In this document: positions 26,800-39,626 of the stretch, piece after piece
Layout: each line of letters starts with the position of its first letter
Numbering within the stretch: the stretch's first letter is position 1
Assembly: GCA_973851085.1 (NCBI GenBank)
Contig: OZ316776.1
Location: forward strand, 7,998,001-8,062,000
Reading direction: 5' to 3'
DNA from: Ptychomitrium polyphyllum
Lineage: Eukaryota
DNA length: 64,000 bases
Notes under the pieces: generated by a model
What the model saw: only the letters and a program-made list of their open reading frames with translations
Told to the model about the DNA's origin: nothing
Databases searched by the model: none
Translations under genes and position numbers: made by a program

Positions 26800-29100
26800 A
26801 ACATAAGCAAGATTTGAAAGAAAAATAAAATAAAATAAAAAATTGCCAAGAATTACAACTATTTTAATTAGCTTACTAATAAATTATTTTACACTTCTAA
26901 GACTTTTGAAAATTTAGCCTAAATCTCCTCCTTCCAAGTTTTAAATGGAAATTCGTTCTATAATTTTAAATTGTACAATTTAAAATTTACCTATTATATT
27001 TTAAACTATAAAAATGATTATTAAGCATTGTTGTCATTATTTAACATGACATTAGGTACAATAAGAAGGAAATTGTAATACAAGCATTTAATCTAAATTC
27101 AAAGTGTAAAGAACAATGCAATGTTGCAATAAATTTTTTGTTTATAAAACATCATTAATATTCTTTATTTGAAGCTATTTGGCATCATTTTCTTCATAAA
27201 GTTCACAAAAAAAGAGCCTATGTGTTTTCATATTGGATTTTTAGAAACTCTTGATCTACAAATAACCTTATATTATACCATTGGTTGAATTTACAAGTAA
27301 ATTAAGTAGTTTCATGACAATACAAAAAGAAGATGTTCATTATAATTTGACCTTTTTGATGAAATAATTGAATAACTATAATGCCTAAAAATTTGAAGTC
27401 ATAATTCCATTTAAATAGAGGTATTATCCACAAAACTTGCAATTTAAAATTCATTAAAAATATAAATTTAGTGAAAACCATATTAATACTCTTCAAACTC
27501 CATACATTGGCATACTTACACAGAACATAGTTTTATCATCTATTGTCTAAATCTAGAAATGTTTTGCACTTGTAATATGTAATCTTTTAATGTATACTAG
27601 CAATGTTGTTTGTAAACACCAATTCCAGGTGAATACAAGAATTTTTAATATTTTGATGCATGTGTTGGAGATGCTGTAAAGGAATGCCATCAAACATGCC
27701 ATCACCACTATTAGGAGGACCACCTTGCACCTTGTCCCGTTGCCCACGAGAGTCGGACGAGAGTCGGACGAGTATCGGACGTTGCTCAAATATCCATGTT
27801 CCTGTCTAAAATTCCCGTAAGGCAGCCCTAAAGCCATTGCATGCGGGGAGAAATGAGAACTGCACAGCAGCAGCACTCCTGGCAAAAGGAATGTGGGCAG
27901 AATCACCGCTTTGATCCGTGCTCGGATTTCTCCGAAATTGCAAAATATGATGATCGAGAAATCCCAACAACTTACACATTGCATACGAAACATCCTCTGG
28001 CAAGAACAGAAGCTGCTGCCCAAGCCTCGCCGCCACGTAACTGGGCACACAGGGTTGACAAGTGTGGAGATCCACTGCCGCTGCTCAAGGCTGCTGCCCC
28101 ACACATTTTATCTGGTGTGATACCCGGCTGACCTGGATCAACTACGTGGACACGTCAGATTGCCATCTCTAGGGTTCAGGAAGCTTTCGATCAGCAGTGG
28201 CGACTGGCGTGTTGCAATTTCTCGAAGAGCCGCTTCACAGCTTGACTGAGCAAGAAAAAAATCAGTCCATACACGGGTTCTTTTAGGTGGAGGACAAGGT
28301 ATGGAAGATGATGAGAAAATATGGAAATGATTATGATAGATTTTTTTTCCTGTGATCCAATTCTCGGGTTGTCATTCTATAATCATCCAAAATTTATCAA
28401 CAAAAAATATCTTTTTTAAAATGGTGACTACTATGTAGGTGGCCAAATTAATTTCCAACCAATCATTTTGCTGATTCTTTAAATGTTGCAGCAGTATCTA
28501 GGCCGTTGGACAACGTGTGAGGCGGCTCTAGGCCCCATGCATGGTTAGGTTTCCAACCAATGCATTCCAATGTATCTGACACATTAACTGAATATGCCCC
28601 ACACATTAACAAAATATCGAACTTCTTTTCTTAAAAATTGTGGATGAGAATTTTGAGTTACGAGCCATTACTTTGCTACTAAAAACCTACTTTAAACATT
28701 GGTGTATCTATAATACTCTGCAGGTTTCACACTGGTACAACTGTCAATTGAATTTGTCACAGTTGTTTTCCAACTTTTGAAGGAGTATTGGGATCTAATT
28801 GGGAGTGCTTATTTACTCATGGTCAACTATGTCATTTAGTCAAGGGCATTCCAGCGTGGAATGATTATCTTCATACCAAGAGTGAGAAGATTGGTTCTTC
28901 TTGGCAATTGGAAGTCAATTACCTACCTTAATTAAACTTATAAGATCTATGTAAGATGCTTCAAAAACTATAATATCAAGTGATGATGGAAATTTTAAGT
29001 CTAAATGAAACTCCCTTCTTGTATTTGCATTTCATGCTTCACAATTTTAATTATCCATGAAACCACTAAATGAGGTAAGAAATCAAAACCGCCATTGTTA

Positions 29101-30160
29101 ATGCTAAAACTTATTTTTGCCAAAATATATGATAAAATGTTGTGGGATTTCCTATTTGCAGAAGTGGCTAGGTTAGAATTTGATTAGTTGTTCATTTAAT
29201 ATGATAAAAATCTTGTTACAAAGAACACATGCCATGGTGAAATTCAATGGCCTTCTTATTTAAATATTTTTAGAAACTAGGAGAATTTTGGAAAAGATGT
29301 CTCATTTACTTTCTACCACTTTTTACCAATAGAGAAGGTATCAAATTAAGGAATTAAAGACTTCTTTGTTATGAAAGAAATTAGAAGTATTAAATTACTC
29401 CAAGTGCAACAATTGCAACTCACAAGCTATCATACAAGCAACATTGCATTCTTAATTAAAAGAAAAGAACAAGATGTTGCAACATTGATTATATTTTTTA
29501 ATTAATTTGACATTGCATTAGAGCTTGAGATAAATGAGAATTATTTAGCAATTTATCAAGAAACAATTGATACTCCTTATCTATAATAATTTGTGTTTTG
29601 GATGGACTTGGGCCAAAGAAAATAAAATAAATAGGTTGTTAAGCACAACTTTTGGATTTGCATTAACCACAAAAAATAAAGATCGCTTATATATTTCTAT
29701 GATTGACAAGAAATTAAATTACTGAATCACAAAAATACTCAACTTGGCTAGAAGAATGTTTATTGTAAATTTTATATTCTTTTAATTTCTTCATTATTTT
29801 ATTGCAATTTAAGCAAGCACTTCCAAGGCTTTAAAAGAAATTTGCACCATGGTACAAAATTTTCTTAGAACAAGAAATGCATTTAGAGCTAGAATAAAAG
29901 TTATATAATAAGTATATTGTCAATCAAAGCCTTGAAGTGAATTCAACTTGATTAATTTAGAAGATGCTTTGATTGTGCTATTTGCTAAATGGATCATTCA
30001 AGCATTAAAAATTAATGATTTTGATTTTTGAATATTATTAAAGTACAAGCTTAATGAAATTCAATTCAACAAACATGTAAGTTGGAATGCTAAGATCCAT
30101 TGAGCACTAATAGCAAGACATATTTATACAATTGGATATAAGATATGGAATAGAATTAGC
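29101..30160 (+). mobile_element. Degenerate LINE (non-LTR) reverse-transcriptase remnant
   Basis: 29101 translates MLKLIFAKIYDKMLWDFLFAEVARLEFD*, resembling the L1-type RT motif LKLDF.KAYD.V.W.FL; later LFAKWIIQAL (~29978); many stops and frameshifts. Confidence 0.65.
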
Positions 30161-30164
30161 AAGG

Positions 30165-30869
30165 TGTCACGTGACGTGGCATTGAGTGCCAAGCTACGTC
30201 AAATGAATGTAGTGTAGTTTATTTTAGGCAGTATTTCATCCATTTAGTACAAATTAAGGTTTGGAAGAGGTACTAAGTGGAGAAACTCCTTTGGCTTGGC
30301 ATTCTTTGCCAAGTCAAGCTTTGTAAGTGTGTTTGAGAGACCTTGTGTTTACTTTTCTTTAGAACTGGTGGTTTAACCATTTAATAAAGTTTTAAGGTTT
30401 TCTCTACCTCTTGCATTCTTGGATTCTTCCTTTGTGGAGTGAGAGCTGCTTGACTTTGTGGTGTGTTGATTCCTTCTTTGTTCACTTGGCATAGAATCTT
30501 GCTTGCAATTTTTAAATTGCAAAATATCTAATAACTCTAACAATGGAAGTGAAGAGGAAGAAATTTTGGAACTTAAATTTTTTTTAAGACATAATTTTAA
30601 AAGTATCATCTTAACTACTTCAAAACAATAGTGTAAAAATTTGAAAAACAAAAGTCTTATGTAGTGAGAGATATGAGGGATTTTGTGAATAGTATACAAC
30701 AAAGATTGAATTGGACATTTTAGGTCGTGGGAATTGAATGGATAAGTTGATATTTTGACAAAATATTATTAACAAGATCAAAAATATGTATATAAAAACT
30801 CAAGTATAAATTCATAGTAAAGAAAGAGTTATGGGGTGTTGAAGTAGAGGAGGTCCACGAGTTATGACA
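30165..30869. mobile_element. Possible LTR inserted at the end of the LINE remnant
   Basis: Begins TGTCAC, ends ATGACA, abrupt change in sequence character; no TSD found. Confidence 0.35.
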
Positions 30870-30969
30870 GTTGTTTTTTCAATTATGATTTGAATTCGGT
30901 TGTAATCTTCAAAAGCTTATAGAATATGTCTTAGAGACTTTTACACTAGAGAAACTTAATTTACAACAC

Positions 30970-31106
30970 TGTCTTGTCATTCTGTTGGTTAATTAATAGT
31001 AGCCAAAGGCCGAATGCTTGTCATTTTGTTGAGTAATTAGTAATAGCAAGAAGCCTAGTGCTTGTCATTGTATTGAGTAATTGGTAGTAGCCAGAGGCCT
31101 AGTGCC
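30970..31106. repeat. Three diverged ~44-bp tandem units
   Basis: CTTGTCATT....TTG..TAATT..TA.TAGC recurs three times. Confidence 0.75.
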
Positions 31107-32994
31107 TTCTTAAGGTAGGGCTCTTTTATCACAATAACATTGTGTTCATTTAGTCCTTTTATAAAGATATCACCTAATTTTAGATCAAATTCTATTAGTT
31201 CTTCAAATGACTTGATTAACCTTGACCGCTCGCTTGATAGGCATGTTGGTATGAAATTATACCTTTTTGACACTTTATTAATTGGAATTTGTAAGCTATT
31301 GTAAGCTGCTTTTTAGACTAATAGCTTTTTTTTTTAATAGAAGGTTGCACCAATTTTTTGAAGATAGTTAGCAAAGAAGTTATCACTTGCTTTGATTTGT
31401 TCAAAAGTGACCTTTATGGTATTGTTCATGCCTTAATCAAAATTTTTGATGTAGCCAATGATATAAAAACAACAAGCTTAAAGGTCAAGGATGTCTTGAA
31501 TGTCCATATTAACTTGCTGCAAATGAAGGATCTCTTACAACAATTATTAAAAAAAATCTCATTTGATCGGTGATAAATGAAGATTTTTTTGTAAGTCAAT
31601 GTCGATGATTGCAAGCAGATAGTTTTTAAATGAGCATTTAATTGAAATTAAAACTTTTAAGAAATTGTGAACCAACAAAGTTAGTTTGCATGTGTAGAAT
31701 AGTGAGCAGTGAATATAGAGCAACAAATAAAGAGTAGTGAAGATGGAAGAACTTGAAAAATTATAGATTATACAAGTATAATTTTACAAATAGAAGCATA
31801 TTCAATTTTAATTTTTTTATTGGTAATGTTACCTACAACTATACATATTTGTATACTTATAATTATACAAATAGCAATTTTTGTGTTCCAAAGAAACAAA
31901 GATTGACTAGGTTTTTAGAAGATGAGAAGTTGTCCAATATAAAAATAATGAATAAAATAAATCTACTTGTTAAAATCTAAAGTGATTCTTCACTTGAATT
32001 CACATAAAAGTATACAATTCAAATTTGGTAGTCGTCTTTTTAATCTCACTACAATTTCAATACTTCAAAAAAAATTTAAATACTATATTGTCATCTAATG
32101 ATAAGCCACCCTAGGATGTAGGGTGGTTTGTAATTTGGCCTTAAGGACATGCTTGATTTTATTGTATATTTATATTTGAGGCATGAATTAATTTAGTTTA
32201 TTACATTAGTTTATAAGTCACAAATGATAGCAAAGATGTAGTATAAGTGCTTGCAACTAGTTCATTGCTCTTATTTGCCTAAAAATTTGGCAACCACTTT
32301 TTTAATAAATGAATATGAACAACTAAAGAACTAATCAACATTAATCAAGTATTGTTTTATTTTTAGTGGAGTTCCAAAATCTAAGATGAAAATGCATCCA
32401 AAACTAAAAACTGATATAATGGACACGTTTCAAATGTGATCCTTCATTGATAAGACAAATGCACATTTGTTTAGATGTATTCTTCCAATCTTTTTTCCAA
32501 ATCTTCTCTATAGATGGTAATTTGAAAAGGCTCGAGGTACATATTCCAAAAGATTATGCAAATTGTGGTGGTCTTCAAACACCTTCCTAGGCAACATTTC
32601 AATACATGGTGGTAGCTAAAAGCCTGCATTTTAAAACACCAAAATCTCCTTAGAATCAAAGTTAGTATCCATGTTTAGTGGTCAAATGTTTAGAACAACT
32701 AACCTAGATACCATTCACTTCCGCCTTATTCTTTTCATGCACCTCTCAATGTTGTCATTGTAAAAGAAGAAGTACATATATTCCTGCTTGTTCTTCTTGT
32801 AGTTGTCCATCATACTAATGTAGATAGGAGCCGCAATACTTTAACCATTTTGGACAATCATTACTATACACTTCTTCTTAATGATTGTTTTCTCAGTAAA
32901 ATTATTAAGCGTCAATTATTGATTGACATTCAAGGTCATTAATCTCTTTAAATCAAGAGCTCAATAATTAAATGCTTGGTAACCAAGTATTTGA

Positions 32995-33420
32995 TAATTG
33001 ATTATTTGATAACCGCTTACTCAACAATTGCTAGTGCTAAAGCTTATATGTACTAGTAGAAACTATATAATTATAATTAGAAAAATTATTAATAATTAAA
33101 TAAATTCCCCTTTAAAAAATGGAATGGAGTTGTTTTTGAAAATTACAATTTTTAGCTTAAGTTCTAAAAGTTTTATCTTAATTATATACTTTTAATAAAA
33201 ATTATTAAAGTTTTTTGAGTCTTCTCTACTTTATTTTTTGATTAGTAAGTATGTTAAGTGTGCGTTAGCATTTGATTGGTTGTTCAGGACAAATTGAAGT
33301 GATGTTTTAAAATTGCATATTGGAACCATAATTCTTTAATGGTTAAAGAATGCTCAGTTGGCCATTTTGTGAATAGTGACCAATCGACTAGGAAATACTT
33401 AGAGGAGTTTTTCCGCCCTT
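32995..33420 (+). repeat. Diverged dispersed repeat, direct copy at ~37833-38260
   Basis: Collinear shared blocks TAATTGA.TATT, TTACTC..CAATTG.TAG, AAGCTTA.ATGTAC, TTTTTAGC, GTTCTAAAAGTTTTAT, TTCTCTACT, TGACCAA. Confidence 0.7.
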
Positions 33421-33847
33421 AAGAAGAATATGCCTTAGTAGATGTCTTTGGAAACCTTGCAATGTGCCACTCAATTTCATCATAGGTTGTCTTCTATATA
33501 TCAAATACATAATGTCTTCTAAACATAGCAATAGATCTCTTTGCTTCTATAAGTACATTGTGTTGATAGTTGTTCCTTTATAAATATCATTATAAGAAGC
33601 GTCATTGTTGAAGCAAGTTTTTCTAGACCTTGTTTGAATCTAAAGATGAGAAAATTTTACCTGGTCAAATCTATGCAAATCATATTTAGAACCTAAAGAA
33701 GACTTCCTCATCTTTTAGACGCAACTCACAAATGCAAAATTTGTTTACTCTAAGCATTTTAACGAGTGTTGTATAAAAGTTTATTGGACAACTTGTAAAC
33801 TTCTTCTTTTCTAAACTAGTAGGCAACTGTTTAAATGAAGGCAACCA

Positions 33848-34090
33848 CTTACATAGGTGATTAAACACAATGAATTCAAATTTAGCATGGCTTACAAAAC
33901 TTTTTTTCAAAAAGATTTTCAAGCTGCCTTATAACTTTTAAATTGATCAAAGACACTGATACAAACTTAGATTATATCCAAAAGCTTCACAATAGATAGA
34001 ACATTTTGACGCTACCTATATTAGTTTGTCTAATCATTGCTTGCACTTCTTCAAACCTACAAGAAGTCATTGTCTTATTTAACCAAAAGA
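33848..34090 (-). repeat. Inverted copy of 24510-24748
   Basis: AATAGATAGAACATTTTGACGCTACCTATA...CCTACAAGAAGTCATTGTCTTATTT. Confidence 0.85.
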
Positions 34091-34339
34091 TAGTAGGCAA
34101 CCACTTGTATGAAGGCTCTAACAAAGTCATTGACAATTGCAATGTAATGGTCATTTCTACATTTACAAGACAATTGTAATAATTTATTATGCATTGTCTC
34201 CGTGAGATTATAAGAAGGCGTTTTAGTTAACACAAATTTAGACAAAGTCTATAAAATATAAAAACAACAAAAATGGTGTTGATTTTAAATTAAAAAAAAC
34301 ATTAGCATAATACTACAATTTTGAAAAGATAATATAAGA

Positions 34340-34960
34340 TATACTAGCTCCTTGAATCTACTCCACTCATGGTACCAAAAATGAAAAAATACTTATATTG
34401 AGTCAAGACAGGCAAGTCATTTATCAATTGTTGCTTAAAAAATAAATCCACCATGATCTAATAGCAAAATAGTAAATCTTAGCATTTGCAAATGTTTTGG
34501 CACTCTTGTATTGCTAATAAAGTTGTCAATGTTGAATTTGGAGATCTTCATGTATTTTTCTAAGGATTGGATCCAATAAAAGAGGCATATTCTTTCTTGG
34601 TCTCCATGGAAATTGATGCATCTCCAGTATCATAGATAAAACAAACAATATTTCAGCTGGTTTGTGCATTATCCGCCATAAATCCCTTAAATTTGAAATT
34701 GAGGATGTCATACCTAGCAACAACAATGTTGAAATTCTTCCAAAAGACAATTTAAACAACAACATCTTAAGTCTACATGTTGCAAATAGTTATAGTCATA
34801 ATTTGATAATACTTACCATCATAGACATGACAAGCCATGGTGGTCCATCTTTTGACACATTTGACATGGTCAAATATGAACATATAGCATTTTTAAAATC
34901 ACTACTAATTTGCTTCCATTTCACCAAATCCATTGTTAGGGTCAATAATTCTTGAATAAG
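34340..34960 (-). mobile_element. Mutator-like (MULE) transposase pseudogene fragment
   Basis: Minus strand reads FIFDHVKCVKRWTTMACHVYDGKYYQIMTITICNM*T*D...FKGFMADNAQTS*NIV...(frameshift)RICLFYWIQSLEK...YFAIRSWW: D, D and C-x-x-(H) spacing of a MULE DDE core, with stops. Confidence 0.65.
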
Positions 34961-37832
34961 GAAAATACTTGCAAATGAAAATTCACACAAAAAGAAAAAA
35001 CGTATTAAGATAGTATATAGACTACTAAATAGAAATTAAATACAATACAATTAGTTTGTAAGAGAAAAACACTTTGGTAATCTTGAAAGAAAATTTAATC
35101 AAATTAAAATATACTACACCTTCAATTTATATTGAAGGTTTAAAAATTATTTTTTCAAATCCTTTAATTCTTGATTTATATCCATTGTTTAATTCAATAA
35201 AAAAACATGTAACAACTATCATTCAATATTATCGTTGGAAATATTCCATAGTATCAATAAAAGGAATTTGGTAGTATCAATAGGAAAAGTTTGATAATTG
35301 ACAATCTTTGCCACCAATTCCAAGTCTATTAACTCAAACATTTACTCAAACATCACACTTGTTCTAACTTAAGAAGTGCCACCAAAGCCACTTTTCAATT
35401 TCTAGTCTAAATGCTGATTTTTGGAGGCAGCTTTGCAAGCACCACATAATACCTTCAACAAGTGATTGCGATTAAGTCGTTGTGTTACTATCTGGCCAGA
35501 CGTAGTATGGGCCTTTATTCTTGCTCCAACTCTATTACCAACATCCATCATGCATCTTCTACTTCTAGTCTTTCAAATTCTTTTGGTTCCACCAATCTTC
35601 AATAATTTTTTGTTAAACCAATTCCTCCAACTTTGGCTAAACAGCCGTAGCAGCTCTAATTTAGCGCTTGTTTATCTTGGATTGCATACCATCAATCATG
35701 GAGTCAATAATTCAACTCAACAATTTTGCCACCAATTTCAAAATCCTATTTTAAGACAACTTCTTTGGCTCCACCTTTACCAACTTGAGTTGGTTGTTTT
35801 TCAAGTAATTGAGGATTGCACTAAAGAATTAGAAACCACAACAAAGCAATAGATTGATGCTAATATCATTGTTAGCAATGTGCCACTTTAGATGACCTAA
35901 CTTGGCAACTCAAAAAGCAATTCAATTATCAAACCAAGATAAATATCCAACTCAAGCAATTGCTGGAGCAGCACACTATTGTGGTAAAAGAGCCTTGTCC
36001 TAAAAAATCATTGGACTTTTGGCTGCTACTAGTCATGCAACAAAATGACAAGATGCTATAACACAATTTCCTCTCCATTGCTATGAACCTTAAATCCGTG
36101 CCACTTTTACTTTCCATATTTCCTTCATAACTTTGAATTAAGACTTAAAATTTTATGTGCGCCTTATTTATCTTGTTGTTTATACATTCATCAAATCTCT
36201 CATTCAAATTCTACCTTCAATTCTTTTTATCAATCAAAACGTGCTATCCAAAGTCTATTGTATATTGCCTCTCAAAATCTTGGTTATACTTTCTCATATA
36301 TCTCTTATAATAGAAACCTTTTGCTATTCAAATTTTTACACCATCACTTAAAAATAATAAGAATACTACTTTCTAAATTTTATCATCAAAAACCATTTAT
36401 ACACAAAAATATAGCTCTCAAAAATTGCAAGTAGTTAATCCAATTTTATTCAAACTAGCACCACGGTCATATACTAACTTCATATGGAGCGTATTATGGC
36501 TTTTTAAAAAGCTTACAAGAGAAAAATAAAATAAAATAAAATAATAATAATAATAATAATAATAAATCAATTCAAATTAAAAAATGTACAATGAGCCATT
36601 ATTGAGAAAAGGTTTGCCTCTTCATACAAGTAGGAGAGGCCAAAAAAGAAAAAAAACAATGATCAAATGACCACATCTGCCCTTATCTTTTCACATCAGG
36701 CCCTTATCTCTCTATATCAATTCCTTTCTCTTTTTATTTTTACAAAAAAAAAATAAAAAAAATTTAAAAGAATAAAATTTCTAGGTTCAAACTACAATAG
36801 AAGACAAAATCAACCCTTACAAATTCAAAGTAGGAAAAAAAAAAAAAACTAAAATAAAAGAATAAAAAATATGAATATTTTGGAATTTAATAAAAAACAA
36901 ACCAAGAATAATATTATTGTCAATGCAAGATCAGACACAAAGTTATGAACTTGGTTGATTGGATAAGTTCCAATTGCTAAATCACTTTGAATTCAATTCT
37001 TATCAAATTTGTTGAGCACTTGGCTTGATATTACTAGCAAGAATGGCAAGTACAAAAATACTACAATCAATTGGCCTATTCACCCTGAACCAAAATAAGA
37101 TGCGGTTTCACTTTCAAAACAATTAAAACCGTAGTTTTATCACAATTTTTTTTACCTAATTACTTTTTTTTCTTCCTAATACTCCTATTTAAATGCAATA
37201 AACCAAAATCTACAAAATAATAAATACTATCTAAGTTTTAAATTCTACAATTGAACACATTACAACAACACAATTGACCAAAAAGAATGAGAGTTGAATG
37301 TAGACAAATTTACTAACCAATTTGACTACCTTCACCACTTAAATTGTCATCTAAAACAATTCCTTACAACAATAGGCTTAACACAAGGCCATCAATGATT
37401 AGCTCACTAATGAAGTGGATGAACTTATTAAAATGCTTAAAATCTCTTAGTTGCAACTTAAGCCCTTTTTGAGAGCATTATCCAAATGACACTTTTTTCA
37501 ACAACAAGGATAATAAAACTGCAATTACCGCCTTTACATCAACATATCAAATTCCAATTTTAAACCTACCTTTACCAAAAAATAAACTCAAGATCCTTGT
37601 AGTAGAAAATACAACCAAGCAGTCTCACTACAATAGCAAAGGCATCACTGTGCTTTAATTTTGCCTTGGTTTAACTCTTCTTTCAAATTTCTATTTCTAT
37701 ACTTTGTATAATTTTTTTTTCTTGGCTAAAAAGAATACACAAAAGTGTACTTTGGCTATGGTAGAGATAATATTATAGATTGATTATTGATTGGCACTCC
37801 TGGTTGGTAATTCCTTTAAATTGAATGCATGA

Positions 37833-38260
37833 TAATTGAGTATTCAATAATTGGTTACTCGGCAATTGTTAGAATTTAAGCTTAGATGTACCTAAAGAAA
37901 ATATTTAGTTATGATTAGATGAATTGTTAATATTAAAGTAAAGCTGTTATAAAAAAAACATATAATTATTTCTAAAAAATATAGTTTTTAGCCTGTGTTC
38001 TAAAAGTTTTATAACAATTGTATGTTTTTGTATAAACATCAATAGAATTTTTGGAAACATTTTTTTCTCTACTATTTTGTCTATCAATTGTTGCTAAATG
38101 CAAGTCAGTTTAAATTTGATCCATTAAGGTAGCTTAAAGAACTATTTAACAAACTACAAGCTTGGTATTGTAGTTTTTTTTATTTTAAAGAGTGCATAAT
38201 CATTTACTAGGCAATTATGACCAACTGGCCTAAAATTACTTAAAAGATTAGTTTCCATCC
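37833..38260 (+). repeat. Direct copy of 32995-33420
   Basis: See partner copy. Confidence 0.7.
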
Positions 38261-39543
38261 TAACAAGTTTACCAATTGATTCTAAAGCCACAACATATTT
38301 ACCACCTTTACATCCAATCTTATTATTTTTTTCAATTATTTCTCATATTGTAGTTTTAAATGTTTTTTGCTTATTGCAAATTTGCTGCTTTTATAGTCTT
38401 GTTTATCAGTGAAAGTAAGGCACCATCAAGCTTTACTTTTTACAATGATTATAAATTGTCTAATATTGGTATTCATATGAAAAATGATGACATCTTATGT
38501 AACTTTACCACACCAAAGTCTCAGATCATGAATGAAGCTTCACAATAGAGATTTGAGAGGCAGTCGCAAGAAAGACCCTATATTTTTGCAAATCCTTGTA
38601 AAAGCTTTTATAAAACCTAACTATGTAATTATTCATGCCATTGCAACCACAGGTAATTTTCTACCACTTTATTATGTCTTTCAATGTTTATCTTTTATTT
38701 GGAATTTTATTATTGTCTTATTTAATTTAATTTTTTTTAAATGGTTCAATTCATGCTTGTTAAAATTTGGATTGTTATATTATTGCTTTAAAGGCTGATC
38801 CACTTATCTTTAAGACAGTGCTTGCACCTTTTCAAACGCAAGCTCTTCCACTGCTTGCTCTCCTACCAAAGACTATTATACTTGATGACAATGACGTCCC
38901 CATCTATTGTGTGGCAAAACACGATTACTTGAGTATATAAGAAGTTTTTTATGTTGTTGGTTTTTTGGATTACCATTTACTTACTAATCATTGCCTTAAA
39001 AATTTCTACCACTAATGCATGTATATTTTGCAAATTAATGGCCTCCACAATATCTCTTCAAAAGTCTATTGTGCTTCCAACATATGTAGAGGCTGTTGCT
39101 ATGGTTTTGGCAACAACCCCTTTTCCAACTCTATTGCCAAAAGATTGGCTTACAATTCCTATGTTGATTAGTGTTTAGACTTAGAAGCAAAAGATGGTAG
39201 CCAAAAAGCTTCCTTTTTTGAGAGTAGTTTGAGTTCTACAATTTCATAGCCTACTTTTGTTTAGCTTCTATAACTATTTTATTTACTTTAGTTTGCTGTA
39301 CTTGATTTTCTTTTTGAATTCATATTAATGAGGTTTTGAAGTCTACCACAACTAGATGCCTATAAACTCTTTATATGTTCAAATTTTTTATAACAATCAT
39401 ATTCATTTGTTTGTAAGTACTACATTCTGTATAGAGCCTATAAACTTGGCTGGGCAAAGTCTCAACATCCCTTGTCCTTCTAAATTTGAGTGCCAAATTT
39501 TTTTAAATAAAACAGGGCCTTGCCTTACTAACTCCTTCACCTT

Positions 39544-39626
39544 GGACCTGGGCTGGGAGTGGCTGGGACCTGGGCTGGGAGTGGCTGGGACCTGGGCTGG
39601 GAATGGCTGGGACCTGGGCTGGGACC
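39544..39626 (+). repeat. G-rich 22-bp minisatellite (GGACCTGGGCTGGGAGTGGCTG), ~3.7 copies
   Basis: GGACC at 39544, 39566, 39588, 39610; seven GGCTGGGA cores. Confidence 0.92.

Noticed and set aside
27553..28131. 183-aa and overlapping ORFs in the GC island
   Set aside because: No recognisable motifs, non-ATG start for the longest; open frames expected from higher GC
30970..31106. Three spaced repeats superficially like a CRISPR array
   Set aside because: Whole units are homologous (no unique spacers), eukaryotic context, no cas genes
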